From contig JAEHCO010000003.1 of assembly GCA_020697715.1 (NCBI GenBank), positions 96,001 through 160,000 of the forward strand: 64,000 nt of DNA. The letters run 5' to 3'. Below the pieces are notes generated by a model that had not been told where the DNA came from, made no database searches, and worked only from the letters and a program-made list of their open reading frames with translations. Shown here piece after piece: positions 38,265 through 48,274 of this stretch. Both the position numbers and the translations under genes were made by a program. This stretch comes from Methanobacteriota archaeon (GTDB lineage Archaea; Thermoplasmatota; Thermoplasmata; SG8-5; JAGLSY01). Numbering within the stretch: the stretch's first letter is position 1; each line of letters begins with the position of its first letter.

Positions 38265-39179
38265 TCATATTCTAGATACGATATCAACCACAACACTGAT
38301 ATCATTCAGTGTGAATAAATGAACGCCAGGTGCTCCCATTTCCTTCAGTTTCTGGCACAGCTCGACAGAAAAGTCAATACATACTTTTCTGGCTTCCTCT
38401 GGCCCGAGTCCTTTCAATGACTCTTTCAAACTATTTGGTACATTGGCCTTGAACACTTCTTCCGCAACCTTCACATGCTCGGCCTTGGTGACTGGCCTGA
38501 TCCCTGGGATCACTGGAATATCGATGCCTCTCTCTTTCAATTTCTTTACATAATCCGAATAAGCATCTGCATCGAATATCATCTGGGTGATGGCGAAATC
38601 CGCTCCTTTCTTCACCTTCTGTTCCATGACCATGAGCTCCTTGTCCATGTCATCAGCTTCTGGATAGGCCGCTATTCCGATACAGAAATCAGTCTCCATA
38701 CCGTTCCTTGGCTGGCTGGTATCTTTGAGATGAATATATCTACCTTTGTTCATATCATCTACCTGGCCCACGAGCTCGGATGCATATTGATTGTGTTGCT
38801 CAGGATCTAGAGGACACTCGGGCTCGCCCTTTATCGGATCACCCAGCACAGCCAGTATATTCCTTATTCCGAAATAAGTATGGTCCACAAGCATATTTTC
38901 CACATCACGCTTGTTCATGTCCCGGCATCGAAAATGTACCAGGGAGTTCATCCCATACCTCTCGGATATCATGTAGCCAATGGGAATTGTTCCACCGCGC
39001 ATGCTCCCCATCGCTCCCTTGGTTATACTGATAAAATCAAGGTCCAGCTTGCTCAATTCTTCTATCTTCTTGAGGATGATCTCCGGGCTCTTCCCATTTC
39101 GAGGAGGGAAGACCTCCACGCTGATGGTGAAATTCTTTTTGGCAAGTATATTGGTTATCTTTTCAGGCTGGAACATCAT
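38265..39179 (-). CDS. metF: Methylenetetrahydrofolate reductase family protein
   Basis: SVEVFPP, HFRCRD, LGDP, AAYPE, AITQMIFD and GVHLFTLN motifs. Confidence 0.88.
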   Translation of the reverse strand: MMFQPEKITNILAKKNFTISVEVFPPRNGKSPEIILKKIEELSKLDLDFISITKGAMGSMRGGTIPIGYMISERYGMNSLVHFRCRDMNKRDVENMLVDHTYFGIRNILAVLGDPIKGEPECPLDPEQHNQYASELVGQVDDMNKGRYIHLKDTSQPRNGMETDFCIGIAAYPEADDMDKELMVMEQKVKKGADFAITQMIFDADAYSDYVKKLKERGIDIPVIPGIRPVTKAEHVKVAEEVFKANVPNSLKESLKGLGPEEARKVCIDFSVELCQKLKEMGAPGVHLFTLNDISVVVDIVSRI

Positions 39180-39239
39180 AAGCTGGAATACTGCCTTTGA
39201 TTAAAAATCTTTGTTTATCCCAATACATATCTCGGATCA

Positions 39240-39707
39240 TCAAAATATTTTGGCCAGGTTACCATTTTGTCCCGTGTAGCCTAGCTTCGCATACAAGGCT
39301 TTGGCCGGTTCATTGTGATCGAAAACATGGAGGGCGATGATGCCGATGCCCATGTCCTTCGCCTTATCTTCCATTGCCTTGAAAGTGCTCTCTCCATAGC
39401 CTTTCCGTCGGTGTTCTTCAAATATCTGGATATCGATTATGAAGATCAATTCCTGATCCTGGCCTTCAGCCTTCGCGAACCACAGACCGCCCACTTGAGT
39501 ATCTTCGCCTTCCACAATATTGAAGAAATAATGGTCTTGTGTATCGAGACCATTGTTCAGCACCTTGCTCTTCATCTCTTTCATATTATCCAGGGCATTG
39601 GACTCGGTCCATTCACCAGCCTTTATCTGGGACCGCATATGGTCTTTCATGGAAATTTCCATGAATGCCTCATACTGGTCGGTGTTCATTGATTCTAATT
39701 TTATCAT
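39240..39707 (-). CDS. GNAT acetyltransferase
   Basis: HRRKGYG acetyl-CoA motif and LHVFDHNEPAKALY. Confidence 0.9.
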   Translation of the reverse strand: MIKLESMNTDQYEAFMEISMKDHMRSQIKAGEWTESNALDNMKEMKSKVLNNGLDTQDHYFFNIVEGEDTQVGGLWFAKAEGQDQELIFIIDIQIFEEHRRKGYGESTFKAMEDKAKDMGIGIIALHVFDHNEPAKALYAKLGYTGQNGNLAKIF

Positions 39708-39823
39708 CGATATTCACTGTATGGGAAATATAGTGTGGCCTTATATTTGTTGTGTGATATTATGACCATCAATTCAAAAATATCTTATATCCATCTTCCA
39801 ATCCGGTTACGAGTGTGATATCG

Positions 39824-40924
39824 ATGTCAGAAGTTTATTTTGCCAAAGTGGGCGCCAGCAAGCACAATGAAAGACTCCCGAATAAAGTTCGCCAGCTATT
39901 TGACAAAGCTGGTTTTAATGATCTGATAACGGAGAAGGACATGGTCGCTCTCAAGCTTCATTTTGGAGAGCCTGGGAATACGACTTTTCTCAGACCGCAA
40001 TTCACTCGCCAGATAGTGGATAAAGTGAAAGAATATGGTGGCAAGCCTTTCTTGACTGACGCCAACACACTCTACACTGGCCAGAGGTCGAATGCGGTGG
40101 ATCATCTCAATGCCGCTGCCCTTCATGGATTCCTGCCAGCGGTTGTCGACGCCCCCATCATCATCGCGGATGGACTTACTGGCCGCGATTTCGTCGAGGT
40201 GGATGTGGATCTGAAACATCTGAAAACGGTCAAGTTCGGAGCAGCTGCCTATCACGCTGACGTTATAGGAGCGATATCTCATTTCAAATGTCACGTTGTC
40301 GGTGGTATCGGTGGCGCGATAAAGAATCTGGGCATGGGCTTAGGAAGCCGAGCTGGCAAACAGCAGATGCACTCGGATACCAAGCCAATTGTCGAAGGAG
40401 AGAAGTGCATAGGTTGCGGTACATGTGCGAAATGGTGCCCGGAGGATGCGATAGACATTCCGGACAAAGCGATCATCAACCAGGATAAGTGCATCGGATG
40501 TGGAGAATGTCTCATCCAATGTCCGACCAAGGCCATTAATGTGAGATGGGATGCCAGCAGCAAGAACATGCAGGAGAAAATGGTCGAGTACACCTATGGA
40601 GTGATGAAGAATAAAAAAGACAAGACATTCTTTTACAATTTCCTGCTGGACATAACACCGGATTGCGACTGCGTGCCCTGGAGTGGGAAGCAGATAGTGC
40701 CAGATATTGGAATAATGGCTTCAACCGATCCGATAGCCATTGACCAGGCGTCTGCGGATCTGGTAAATCAACAGACGGCCAATCCAGGCTCGAAGATAAA
40801 GACCAATGTGAACCCGGGTGATGACAAGATACATGAGGTTCATAATATCGACTGGGATCTGCAACTGAAATACGGTGAGGAAATTGGTCTGGGTAGTCGG
40901 CAATATAAGATAATCGAGATCTAA
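39824..40924 (+). CDS. DUF362 Fe-S protein with 2x[4Fe-4S] ferredoxin domain
   Basis: KLHFGEPGN, IKNLGMG, CIGCGTC...CIGCGEC and PDCDC motifs. Confidence 0.9.
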   Translation: MSEVYFAKVGASKHNERLPNKVRQLFDKAGFNDLITEKDMVALKLHFGEPGNTTFLRPQFTRQIVDKVKEYGGKPFLTDANTLYTGQRSNAVDHLNAAALHGFLPAVVDAPIIIADGLTGRDFVEVDVDLKHLKTVKFGAAAYHADVIGAISHFKCHVVGGIGGAIKNLGMGLGSRAGKQQMHSDTKPIVEGEKCIGCGTCAKWCPEDAIDIPDKAIINQDKCIGCGECLIQCPTKAINVRWDASSKNMQEKMVEYTYGVMKNKKDKTFFYNFLLDITPDCDCVPWSGKQIVPDIGIMASTDPIAIDQASADLVNQQTANPGSKIKTNVNPGDDKIHEVHNIDWDLQLKYGEEIGLGSRQYKIIEI

Positions 40925-40949
40925 TTAGATTGAATATAGTAAGATAAAT

Positions 40950-41648
40950 TCAATTCCCATCCAGCTCAGTCAGCACCTTCTGAAGCTTATCAGGTCTATC
41001 TGTGATGATGCCGTCAACATCCAATAATGCCAGCTTCTTCATTTTGATAGGGCAGTTGATCGTCCATACAAAGACCTCCATATCATTCTCATGGGCTTTG
41101 TCAACCAATTCCTGGCTCACCAGCTTATACTCTGGAAATATTGCGCAAGTTCCCAGTATCTTGGCCACCTGCATGATATTGGCTTTCCTGTCATCGCATG
41201 AATAGCCAGTTCTGGCCTTCTCCTTGTCCTTGAGTTGGGCGACCGCGATCCCGTCCTTTGAAGTGAATATCACCCTATCCAGCATATCGGCCTTTTTCAC
41301 AACTTTGTACGCGGGTATCATGGCCTTCCTGGTCTTAATATCTAAAATTATCCCACATTTCCCCCCGAAGGTTTCCAGAATATCAGCCAGCTTTGGAACT
41401 GCCTCTTTTCTCTTCACCTTCAGCTCACTCAGCTCTGAATATTCCGTCTGGCTGAGGAATCCAGCTCCATTGGTCATGCGATTCAGCTTCTCATCATGCA
41501 ATATGACAAGGATGTCATCCTTCGTTATCCTGACATCCAATTCGACATAACTGGCTCCGAATTCCAGGGCCTTTTCTATTGCTGAAACCGTGTTCTCTGG
41601 AGCAAGACTTCTTGCTCCCCTGTGTCCGATGATGGCTGGCTTTTTCAT
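40950..41648 (-). CDS. Glycerophosphodiester phosphodiesterase
   Basis: HRGA...PENT, ELDV, HD, WTIN and DGIITD motifs. Confidence 0.92.
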   Translation of the reverse strand: MKKPAIIGHRGARSLAPENTVSAIEKALEFGASYVELDVRITKDDILVILHDEKLNRMTNGAGFLSQTEYSELSELKVKRKEAVPKLADILETFGGKCGIILDIKTRKAMIPAYKVVKKADMLDRVIFTSKDGIAVAQLKDKEKARTGYSCDDRKANIMQVAKILGTCAIFPEYKLVSQELVDKAHENDMEVFVWTINCPIKMKKLALLDVDGIITDRPDKLQKVLTELDGN

Positions 41649-41710
41649 TGGGAGAGATAATACTAGCATTGGATAAAAACAATGTCATGTCCCAAAACGG
41701 CCTATATGAT

Positions 41711-42439
41711 TCAGTCTTCAGATGTCTGGCTTTCATCAGACTTATCTTCATCAGGTTGATATTCATCAGCCTGACCTTTTTCTGTCTGGCCTTCGATCTC
41801 TTCCTTCTTTTTCACTCGGCTGAAGTATAGGATTATGGCAACTATCGCTCCGCCGATGATAGATGATATTATGACAAGGGATTCGAGGTTCATCTCCATA
41901 TTGTTCAGTGTGAACGCTCCTGCAATTCCAACTATGAGTCCTCTTGATAGTCCCGCCCAGAAATTTGTCTGGACGAACCATTTCATCTCGAAGACCTCCC
42001 CGTCCTTATTGAGCAGGGAGAATATGTAGAGGGTGATGGTGTCTGGCATTATCGGAAGGCTTAGAATGAGGTAAATGGCAATGTATCCGAACCTCTCGCA
42101 GAATCTAGTTAGGAATTCTGTAAGACCCACGAACCACTTCCACTTGAACCATACTCGAATACTATCTTCGATCTTCTCTCCAATTATGAAGACCATCCAG
42201 CTCCCTACGGCCTTGCCAAGTCCCATGACCAGGCTTACGATAAAAAAGGCTGGGAAAATAGTGGTGAAGCCCAGGAACTCCCCACCCTCTACGATGAAGG
42301 GAATAAAACCCGCCAATCCTAATTCGACAGGGATAGGCAGAATGACTGCAGCTAGCACGCAGAATATGAAGAATAGTAAGAGGTAAGTGTATGGATTGTT
42401 CATGTCCAGCATACCCATCAGATCATCAATGAAGCCCAT
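41711..42439 (-). CDS. DedA/VTT-like membrane protein
   Basis: LPIPVE, GKAVGS and LSLPIMPD motifs; multiple TM helices. Confidence 0.65.
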   Translation of the reverse strand: MGFIDDLMGMLDMNNPYTYLLLFFIFCVLAAVILPIPVELGLAGFIPFIVEGGEFLGFTTIFPAFFIVSLVMGLGKAVGSWMVFIIGEKIEDSIRVWFKWKWFVGLTEFLTRFCERFGYIAIYLILSLPIMPDTITLYIFSLLNKDGEVFEMKWFVQTNFWAGLSRGLIVGIAGAFTLNNMEMNLESLVIISSIIGGAIVAIILYFSRVKKKEEIEGQTEKGQADEYQPDEDKSDESQTSED

Positions 42440-43371
42440 TATTCATCCCCTATTATCAAGTCCGAGGCATCCTTGCCAAGTACGAGAACACGGCTCTCGG
42501 GAGCTTCATCCAGTATCTGGAATCCCATCTCGTGTCCCAGCTTTTCTCCGAATTCCCGAACCTTATCGTATTTTGGCATATTCGCCATGGTCATCCTCTC
42601 ACGGGAATATCCAACGTACACATAACCTTTTGGTTCTATGAAGAGTGGATCGGCCATCTTATCCAAATGAGCATATTCCTTTTCCCATCCTATGTTCCAT
42701 CCGTCTACCAGGGTGTGCCGAATGACTGTCCTGGTATCAAGGCTGGCCATGATCTCCAGGCTCTTCTGCAATCTCCCCCAGCCGTCCTTAACAAGAGGCA
42801 CGCATAATCTCTTGTATATCTCCCGGGTGGGAGCGGCAACTGTGATATAAAGCTGGGTTGGAAGTGGGTCCAGGTTCTCAAGAACTTCTGGCTGGATACC
42901 ATTACTGACAATGAAAGTTGTCATATTTCGCTTATGACATTCTTCAATGAACTCTCCCAATCTGGAATATAGTGTGGGCTCTCCGGATAATGATATGGCC
43001 ACCTGATTTGGCTCGAAGGCCTCCTTCCATATCTCTGGACTGCATCTGGCATCCCCCTTGTACCCTGTGATGAGCTTTCTCTGACCCTCAATACAGCCAT
43101 CCAGTATCTCGATGGGATCATCTTCATCCTGTATGCCCAGTTCATTCATTCCCTGGAATCTCCAGCAGAACAGGCAATTATGTGTGCAATGGGAGACAGT
43201 GGGGGTCATCTGAAGGCATCGATGTGATTCGATACCATAGAACCTTTCTTTGTAGCAAGGTCGATCCCTGAGAAGCTTTTCACCCATCCAGTGGCAGAGT
43301 TTCACGCCACTGTGCTCCCCCACGACATGATAATGCTGCTTCTCCAGTATCCTCTTCATATCGTCATTCAT
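42439..43371 (-). CDS. taw1: 4-demethylwyosine synthase (Taw1/TYW1 radical SAM)
   Basis: KLCHW, CYKERFYGIESHRC, CTHNCLFC and AISLSGEP motifs. Confidence 0.95.
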   Translation of the reverse strand: MNDDMKRILEKQHYHVVGEHSGVKLCHWMGEKLLRDRPCYKERFYGIESHRCLQMTPTVSHCTHNCLFCWRFQGMNELGIQDEDDPIEILDGCIEGQRKLITGYKGDARCSPEIWKEAFEPNQVAISLSGEPTLYSRLGEFIEECHKRNMTTFIVSNGIQPEVLENLDPLPTQLYITVAAPTREIYKRLCVPLVKDGWGRLQKSLEIMASLDTRTVIRHTLVDGWNIGWEKEYAHLDKMADPLFIEPKGYVYVGYSRERMTMANMPKYDKVREFGEKLGHEMGFQILDEAPESRVLVLGKDASDLIIGDE

Positions 43372-43388
43372 TTTTCATCTCCTCATCT

Positions 43389-44843
43389 TTAAAAGTCAAA
43401 AAGGTTCTTCTGTTTTGTTGGCTCTGGAACATCTGGCTTTATCTTCTCGTCACCCACATTTTCCTGGGTCATATCGTTATCCTCATCATCGTCCCCATCA
43501 TCTTTCTGCTTGTTTCGAGCCTTTACCGAACTTTGCTTCTTCTTGCTAATATCATCAAATACATTCTTGACATGATTAGAATCCGGCTTCTCATCCATAA
43601 GGAAGCCGACCTCATATTCTCCCAATGAAAGCTTTTCTGTCATCTGTAGGCAGAATTCCCTATCTGAATTGAAAAGAAGTTTGAAATAAGGAAGCTGGTC
43701 TTGAAGTGCTTGCTCCCTCGAGGTGTGCATCAACTTCCCCAATTTCGAGCCTATGGAATTTCTCACCTCTCTTATTCCTTTTGATCGCGACATATTGGTG
43801 AGCCAGCTTGGGAATTGGTATCGGACGAATCCTCTGTATTCCCTGCTTTTGGACAGTGAGACACCCGCACTCATCATAGCCGATGAATATTTCCAGAGAC
43901 CATAATATTGCCTTCTTTGGACCCTGCCCAGATATACATCGGCCTTGGAAACTGCTTCATAGGCTCTCATCCTGTCACCCGAGAGAGAATATGAGACTGG
44001 TATGTTCTCATCTATCCATAATATCGTATAGTTCGGATCCTCGTCAAGCTCCATCAATGCATCTCGTGAGACCCTGCAATTGTTAGTCCTGAATACTTTG
44101 GCCATACCCTGGAATATAGTACTTTTCTGATCTCTTCCACCCAAGGCCAGAACATCCTTCTCTGTGAGCTTTTCTTTCCCCTCTACCAATGACTGGAGAT
44201 CATTCACTGCCCCTCTAATGTCTCCTTCACATCTCTTTGATATCGCTCTTACAGCATCGGGGCTGACATCCACTCCCTCTTTATGGGCGATCTCCCTGAG
44301 CAGTTTGGCTATAGATGCAGGCTGTGGTTTTCTATATTGTATCTGCAATGCCTTGTTGGATATTATGGATGATCTTCGTTTCAATGAGTAGAAATCATTC
44401 ACTATTAAGATGACTGGCTGCATGGTATTGGTGATAAGTTCACCCATTGCTTTGATCCCACCACGATCTTCTTTTCCGAAGACATTGTCTGCCTCATCAA
44501 GTATTATCAGCTTTCTGCCGCCTTCCTTGCTGCTTGTGAACTCTCCCGAATCTGTGAAAGTATCCCACATCGCACCAAGGCCAGCTATGCTCTTTATGGC
44601 ATTGGCATTTCTTGAATCAGATGCATTGAGCTCCACAACCTGCCAGCCATATTCGCGAGCAACCGCATGTGCACTGGTCGTCTTTCCGATGCCTGGCTCT
44701 CCAATGAGTATCACAGCCCTATTCTTTTTCGGGATGCCATTATTCCATGTTTCAGCCCAGCTCCTAAGCTTCGAAATTGCCTCTGAATTACCAATGACGT
44801 TCTCTAAGTCATTTGGTCGGTATTTGCCTGTCCAATCCTGCAT
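43389..44843 (-). CDS. rfcL: Replication factor C large subunit
   Basis: WTGKYRP, GEPGIGKT, ELNASD, LDEAD and C-terminal PIP box QKNLFDF. Confidence 0.95.
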   Translation of the reverse strand: MQDWTGKYRPNDLENVIGNSEAISKLRSWAETWNNGIPKKNRAVILIGEPGIGKTTSAHAVAREYGWQVVELNASDSRNANAIKSIAGLGAMWDTFTDSGEFTSSKEGGRKLIILDEADNVFGKEDRGGIKAMGELITNTMQPVILIVNDFYSLKRRSSIISNKALQIQYRKPQPASIAKLLREIAHKEGVDVSPDAVRAISKRCEGDIRGAVNDLQSLVEGKEKLTEKDVLALGGRDQKSTIFQGMAKVFRTNNCRVSRDALMELDEDPNYTILWIDENIPVSYSLSGDRMRAYEAVSKADVYLGRVQRRQYYGLWKYSSAMMSAGVSLSKSREYRGFVRYQFPSWLTNMSRSKGIREVRNSIGSKLGKLMHTSREQALQDQLPYFKLLFNSDREFCLQMTEKLSLGEYEVGFLMDEKPDSNHVKNVFDDISKKKQSSVKARNKQKDDGDDDEDNDMTQENVGDEKIKPDVPEPTKQKNLFDF

Positions 44844-45028
44844 TCCAATCCTCTAATGATTAGGCTTCTAAATACATTTGCCTTGTTTCCAATATTCGTC
44901 ATGCCAGCCCAATCTTATTCTCAACCTTTTTCCTTAATATACTATATAATTAATGATTTAACGGTCACGTTTATATACAAGTATGTATTCCTCAGCATAC
45001 TTCCCAGAAGCAAAAAATATACTGGAGG

Positions 45029-45514
45029 GTGACATTGGCAGATAATAAGAAACCTACGGATATTGAGAAAGACGACGATTTCAAGTACATATTGAGATTG
45101 TCCGGTAATGACATAGATGGTGAGAAGCCAGCTTTCGTTGCACTTACGGACCTGAATGGGATCGGGATCCGTATCTCAGAGATATTGATAGAAAGATTGG
45201 GGTACCCCCGTGACAAGGCCATCGGACACATGAGCGATGAAGATGTCGAAAAGCTCGAGGATTTGCTAGAAAGTCTCGAGGAAACTATACCCCAGTGGTT
45301 GCTCAACAGAAGGAAGGATTGGGAATCAGGCGAGGACCTTCACCTTTTTGGTATCGAGCTTGAACAGACTAATAAAGATGACATTAACAGGATGAGAATG
45401 ACCCGTTGCTACAAAGGTGTAAGGCATGATACGGGCCAGAAGGTCAGAGGTCAAAGAACCAGATCCAATGGTAGGAAAGGATTGACACTCGGCGTATCCA
45501 AGAAAAGAGGCTAA
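45029..45514 (+). CDS. rps13: 30S ribosomal protein uS13
   Basis: PQWLLNRRKD and KVRGQRTRSNGRKG motifs. Confidence 0.96.
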   Translation: MTLADNKKPTDIEKDDDFKYILRLSGNDIDGEKPAFVALTDLNGIGIRISEILIERLGYPRDKAIGHMSDEDVEKLEDLLESLEETIPQWLLNRRKDWESGEDLHLFGIELEQTNKDDINRMRMTRCYKGVRHDTGQKVRGQRTRSNGRKGLTLGVSKKRG

Positions 45515-45529
45515 TTGAGGTGAGTGATT

Positions 45530-46384
45530 TTGGGAGACCCTAAGTTCAGTAGAAGACGGTATGCTACACCATCACATCCTTGGCAAAAAGAAAGGATAGA
45601 TGAAGAGAATGAGATGATCAGAAAATACGGTCTTAAGAATAAGAAGGAACTCTGGAAGGCACAGTCCCTCCTGAGGAACTTCAGACAGAGATCCAGGATC
45701 CTTCAGGCTCAGATCAGGTATGGTAATAAGCAGGCGGAGAAGGAAAGAGACCAGCTTCTGGCCAGATTAGAACGTGCAGGAATACTCGGTAGCGAGGCTT
45801 CCCTGGATGATGTTCTGGCATTGGATGTTGAGGCTGTACTTACAAGAAGATTGCAGACCCTGGCATACATGAAGGGACTGAGCAACAGTGCGAAACAAGC
45901 CCGCCAGTTCATTGTTCATGGACATGTATCCATCGGAGATAGGAAGGTAACTATTCCCGGTTATTTGGTCAAGAGGACCGAAGAAGAATCCATTGAATAT
46001 CTATTAAGCTCGCCGATAGCGAATGACATGCATCCAGCAAGACCAAAGGATGAATTGGAATTGGCTGAGCAGAAGAGAATGCAGGAAGAGGCCGCCAAGG
46101 CCGCGGAAGCACCAGTTGCCGCACCAGAAGGCGCAGATGCTCCAGCCGTGGAACCAAAACCAGAGGGCGAGGCACCAGCAGCAGAGGTAAAACCCGCAGA
46201 GGCTAAGCCAGCTGAAGCAAAACCTGAACCAAAGGTTGAAGCAGCTCCAGCAAAGGAAAAGCCTGCAGAGGCTAAGCCAGCTGAAGCAAAACCCGAACCA
46301 AAGGTTGAAGCAGCTCCAGCAGAGAAAAAGCCTGCAGAGGCTAAGAAGCCAGCAGAAGATAAACCAAAGGAGGCCAATGAATGA
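45530..46384 (+). CDS. rps4: 30S ribosomal protein uS4 with long A/E/P/K-rich C-terminal extension
   Basis: GDPKF...YGLKNKKE, RRLQT and QARQFIVHGH motifs. Confidence 0.96.
   Translation: MGDPKFSRRRYATPSHPWQKERIDEENEMIRKYGLKNKKELWKAQSLLRNFRQRSRILQAQIRYGNKQAEKERDQLLARLERAGILGSEASLDDVLALDVEAVLTRRLQTLAYMKGLSNSAKQARQFIVHGHVSIGDRKVTIPGYLVKRTEEESIEYLLSSPIANDMHPARPKDELELAEQKRMQEEAAKAAEAPVAAPEGADAPAVEPKPEGEAPAAEVKPAEAKPAEAKPEPKVEAAPAKEKPAEAKPAEAKPEPKVEAAPAEKKPAEAKKPAEDKPKEANE
46196..46345 (+). repeat. 69-bp in-frame tandem repeat (about 2.2 copies) in the uS4 tail
   Basis: gcagaggctaag recurs at 46196, 46265 and 46334; unit AEAKPAEAKPEPKVEAAPAxxKP. Confidence 0.9.
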
Positions 46385-46436
46385 GCGAATGTAATGAGCG
46401 CATTCATAAGCTCCGATCTCAAGGAGGAGATTCAGA

Positions 46437-46820
46437 ATGACCAAATGGGCCCTAGCACACATATACGCATCTTACAACAATATATTGATAACATTGACCG
46501 ACCCAACCGGTGCAGAGACAATTACGAAATGCACTGGAGGTATGGTTGTCAAATCTCAGAAGGATGAATCATCTCCATATGCAGCCATGAAGGCAGCAGA
46601 GATGATCGCCGATATCGCAAAGGAGAGGGGCATCGACAGTGTTCATGTCCGTGTAAGAGCTCCAGGCGGTAACAAAGACCTTTCCCCTGGACCAGGAGCA
46701 CAGGCCGCGATCAGAGCACTGGCAAGGGCGGGTTTGAGAATAGGAAGGATAGAGGATGTAACCCCTATCCCTCACGACGGCACCAAGAAGAAAGGCGGCA
46801 GACGTGGAAGAAGGGTGTAA
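46437..46820 (+). CDS. rps11: 30S ribosomal protein uS11
   Basis: [22 protein letters not shown] and [10 protein letters not shown] motifs. Confidence 0.97.
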   Translation: MTKWALAHIYASYNNILITLTDPTGAETITKCTGGMVVKSQKDESSPYAAMKAAEMIADIAKERGIDSVHVRVRAPGGNKDLSPGPGAQAAIRALARAGLRIGRIEDVTPIPHDGTKKKGGRRGRRV

Positions 46821-46824
46821 TCAA

Positions 46825-47889
46825 ATGGATATCAAGATCATTGATATTAAGGACGATTTCATCAAATTCGTCATATCTGGCGTTGACTTCAGCTTTGTGA
46901 ATTCCATCAGAAGGACACTTTTGGCCGATATACCTAAAATGGCCATTGAGGATGTTGAGATCCATCTGGGAGCAATAAGCGATGAGGAGGGTAAGACATA
47001 TGAGAGCACGACCCCTCTTTTCGATGAGATAATCGCTCACAGAATGGGCCTGATACCTATCCCAACAGACCTGGATATGTTGACCTTCAAAGATGAATGT
47101 GATTGCGAAGGTGAAGGATGTGTCAATTGCAGCATCATGTACTCTCTGAATAAGAGGGGGCCATGCACTGTTTACTCTGGTGACCTGGAGCCATTGGGCG
47201 ATCCAAGCCTGAGGCCAAAGGATACCAAGATACCAATAGTCAAGCTTACGGAAGATGAGGGTATCCTTATCTACGCGACCGCCACAATGGGAACTGGTAA
47301 GGGGCATGCGAAATGGCAGGGAATTCATGGTGCTGGCTACAAATTATATCCTACAGTTGACATCGATCCAAAAAAATGTGACAATGGCGGAGGGTGCATA
47401 CCGATATGCCCAGTCAATGTCTTTGTAAAGGAAGGAAAGAAGGTCAAGATGGTCAATACGGAGAACTGCACAATGTGCAATAGCTGTGTGGAGATATGCG
47501 AATTAGGCGCTGTCACCATCGGCCATGAGGAAGATAAGTTCATATTCAGATTCGAGACAGATGGTTCGCTCTATGCAAAGGACGCACTTCTCTATGCAGT
47601 GGCTCACTTAGGAGCATCCTTCGAGGGAGTGATCGACCTTGTTGAAACCATGAAGCCAAAGGAGTACAAACCGATCGAGGCCGTGAAATTGAACTTCGAT
47701 CATGAGGAAAATCCAGAAGGCGTGGCATATATTCCAGCAGGTGAAAGCACTCACGCTCCTGAAGAGGAGACAGAGGAAGAGGAAGAACCTGTTGCTGAGG
47801 AAGAGCCAGTTGTCGAGGAAGAGAAGCCCAAGAAGAAGGCAGCTGCCAAAAAGAAGGCACCTGCAAAGAAAGCAGCCAAAAAGAAATAG
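46825..47889 (+). CDS. rpoD: RNA polymerase subunit D (Rpo3) with ferredoxin-like insert and acidic/Lys-Ala tail
   Basis: NSIRRTL, DEIIAHRMGLIP and HAKW motifs; CDNGGGC..C and CTMCNSC Cys clusters. Confidence 0.95.
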   Translation: MDIKIIDIKDDFIKFVISGVDFSFVNSIRRTLLADIPKMAIEDVEIHLGAISDEEGKTYESTTPLFDEIIAHRMGLIPIPTDLDMLTFKDECDCEGEGCVNCSIMYSLNKRGPCTVYSGDLEPLGDPSLRPKDTKIPIVKLTEDEGILIYATATMGTGKGHAKWQGIHGAGYKLYPTVDIDPKKCDNGGGCIPICPVNVFVKEGKKVKMVNTENCTMCNSCVEICELGAVTIGHEEDKFIFRFETDGSLYAKDALLYAVAHLGASFEGVIDLVETMKPKEYKPIEAVKLNFDHEENPEGVAYIPAGESTHAPEEETEEEEEPVAEEEPVVEEEKPKKKAAAKKKAPAKKAAKKK

Positions 47890-47932
47890 GCTTCCGATCT
47901 CTCGTATCTATAATGATCATAATAGACGCAAA

Positions 47933-48004
47933 GCCGCTGTGGCTAAGGGGTATAGCGATTCATTGGTAATGAATAGGTCGTGGGTTCAATTCCCATCAGC
48001 GGCT
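47933..48004 (+). tRNA. tRNA-Thr(GGT)
   Basis: GCCGCTG/CAGCGGC acceptor stem, anticodon arm ATTCA-TTGGTAA-TGAAT, T-loop TTCAATT. Confidence 0.95.
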
Positions 48005-48024
48005 CCTTATTATTTTATTAGTGT

Positions 48025-48240
48025 TAGCTGATGGGAATTGAATCAAGCCCGTAAGTGCATATTATCTGAATGCTGGCTCAATGTAAGGGCGCAGGTTGAA
48101 ATTTACGTTTATTGGTATTTTACTTGTAGTAAATTTCAATACATGCTCTTGTCTAGGGCTCTTTGCATTTTTTAAGACAAGTCTGGATTTATGTTAATAG
48201 CCTTGTCCAGTATAGCTGATGTGGAATTGAACCAAGCCCG
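48025..48240. repeat. 27/28-bp direct repeat pair, each copy antisense to the tRNA-Thr T-arm/acceptor
   Basis: tagctgatgggaattgaatcaagcccg (48025-48051) and tagctgatgtggaattgaaccaagcccg (48213-48240). Confidence 0.8.
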
Positions 48241-48274
48241 AAAGAGTTTTAACCGCCTCCCCAATCTCCAAGCA

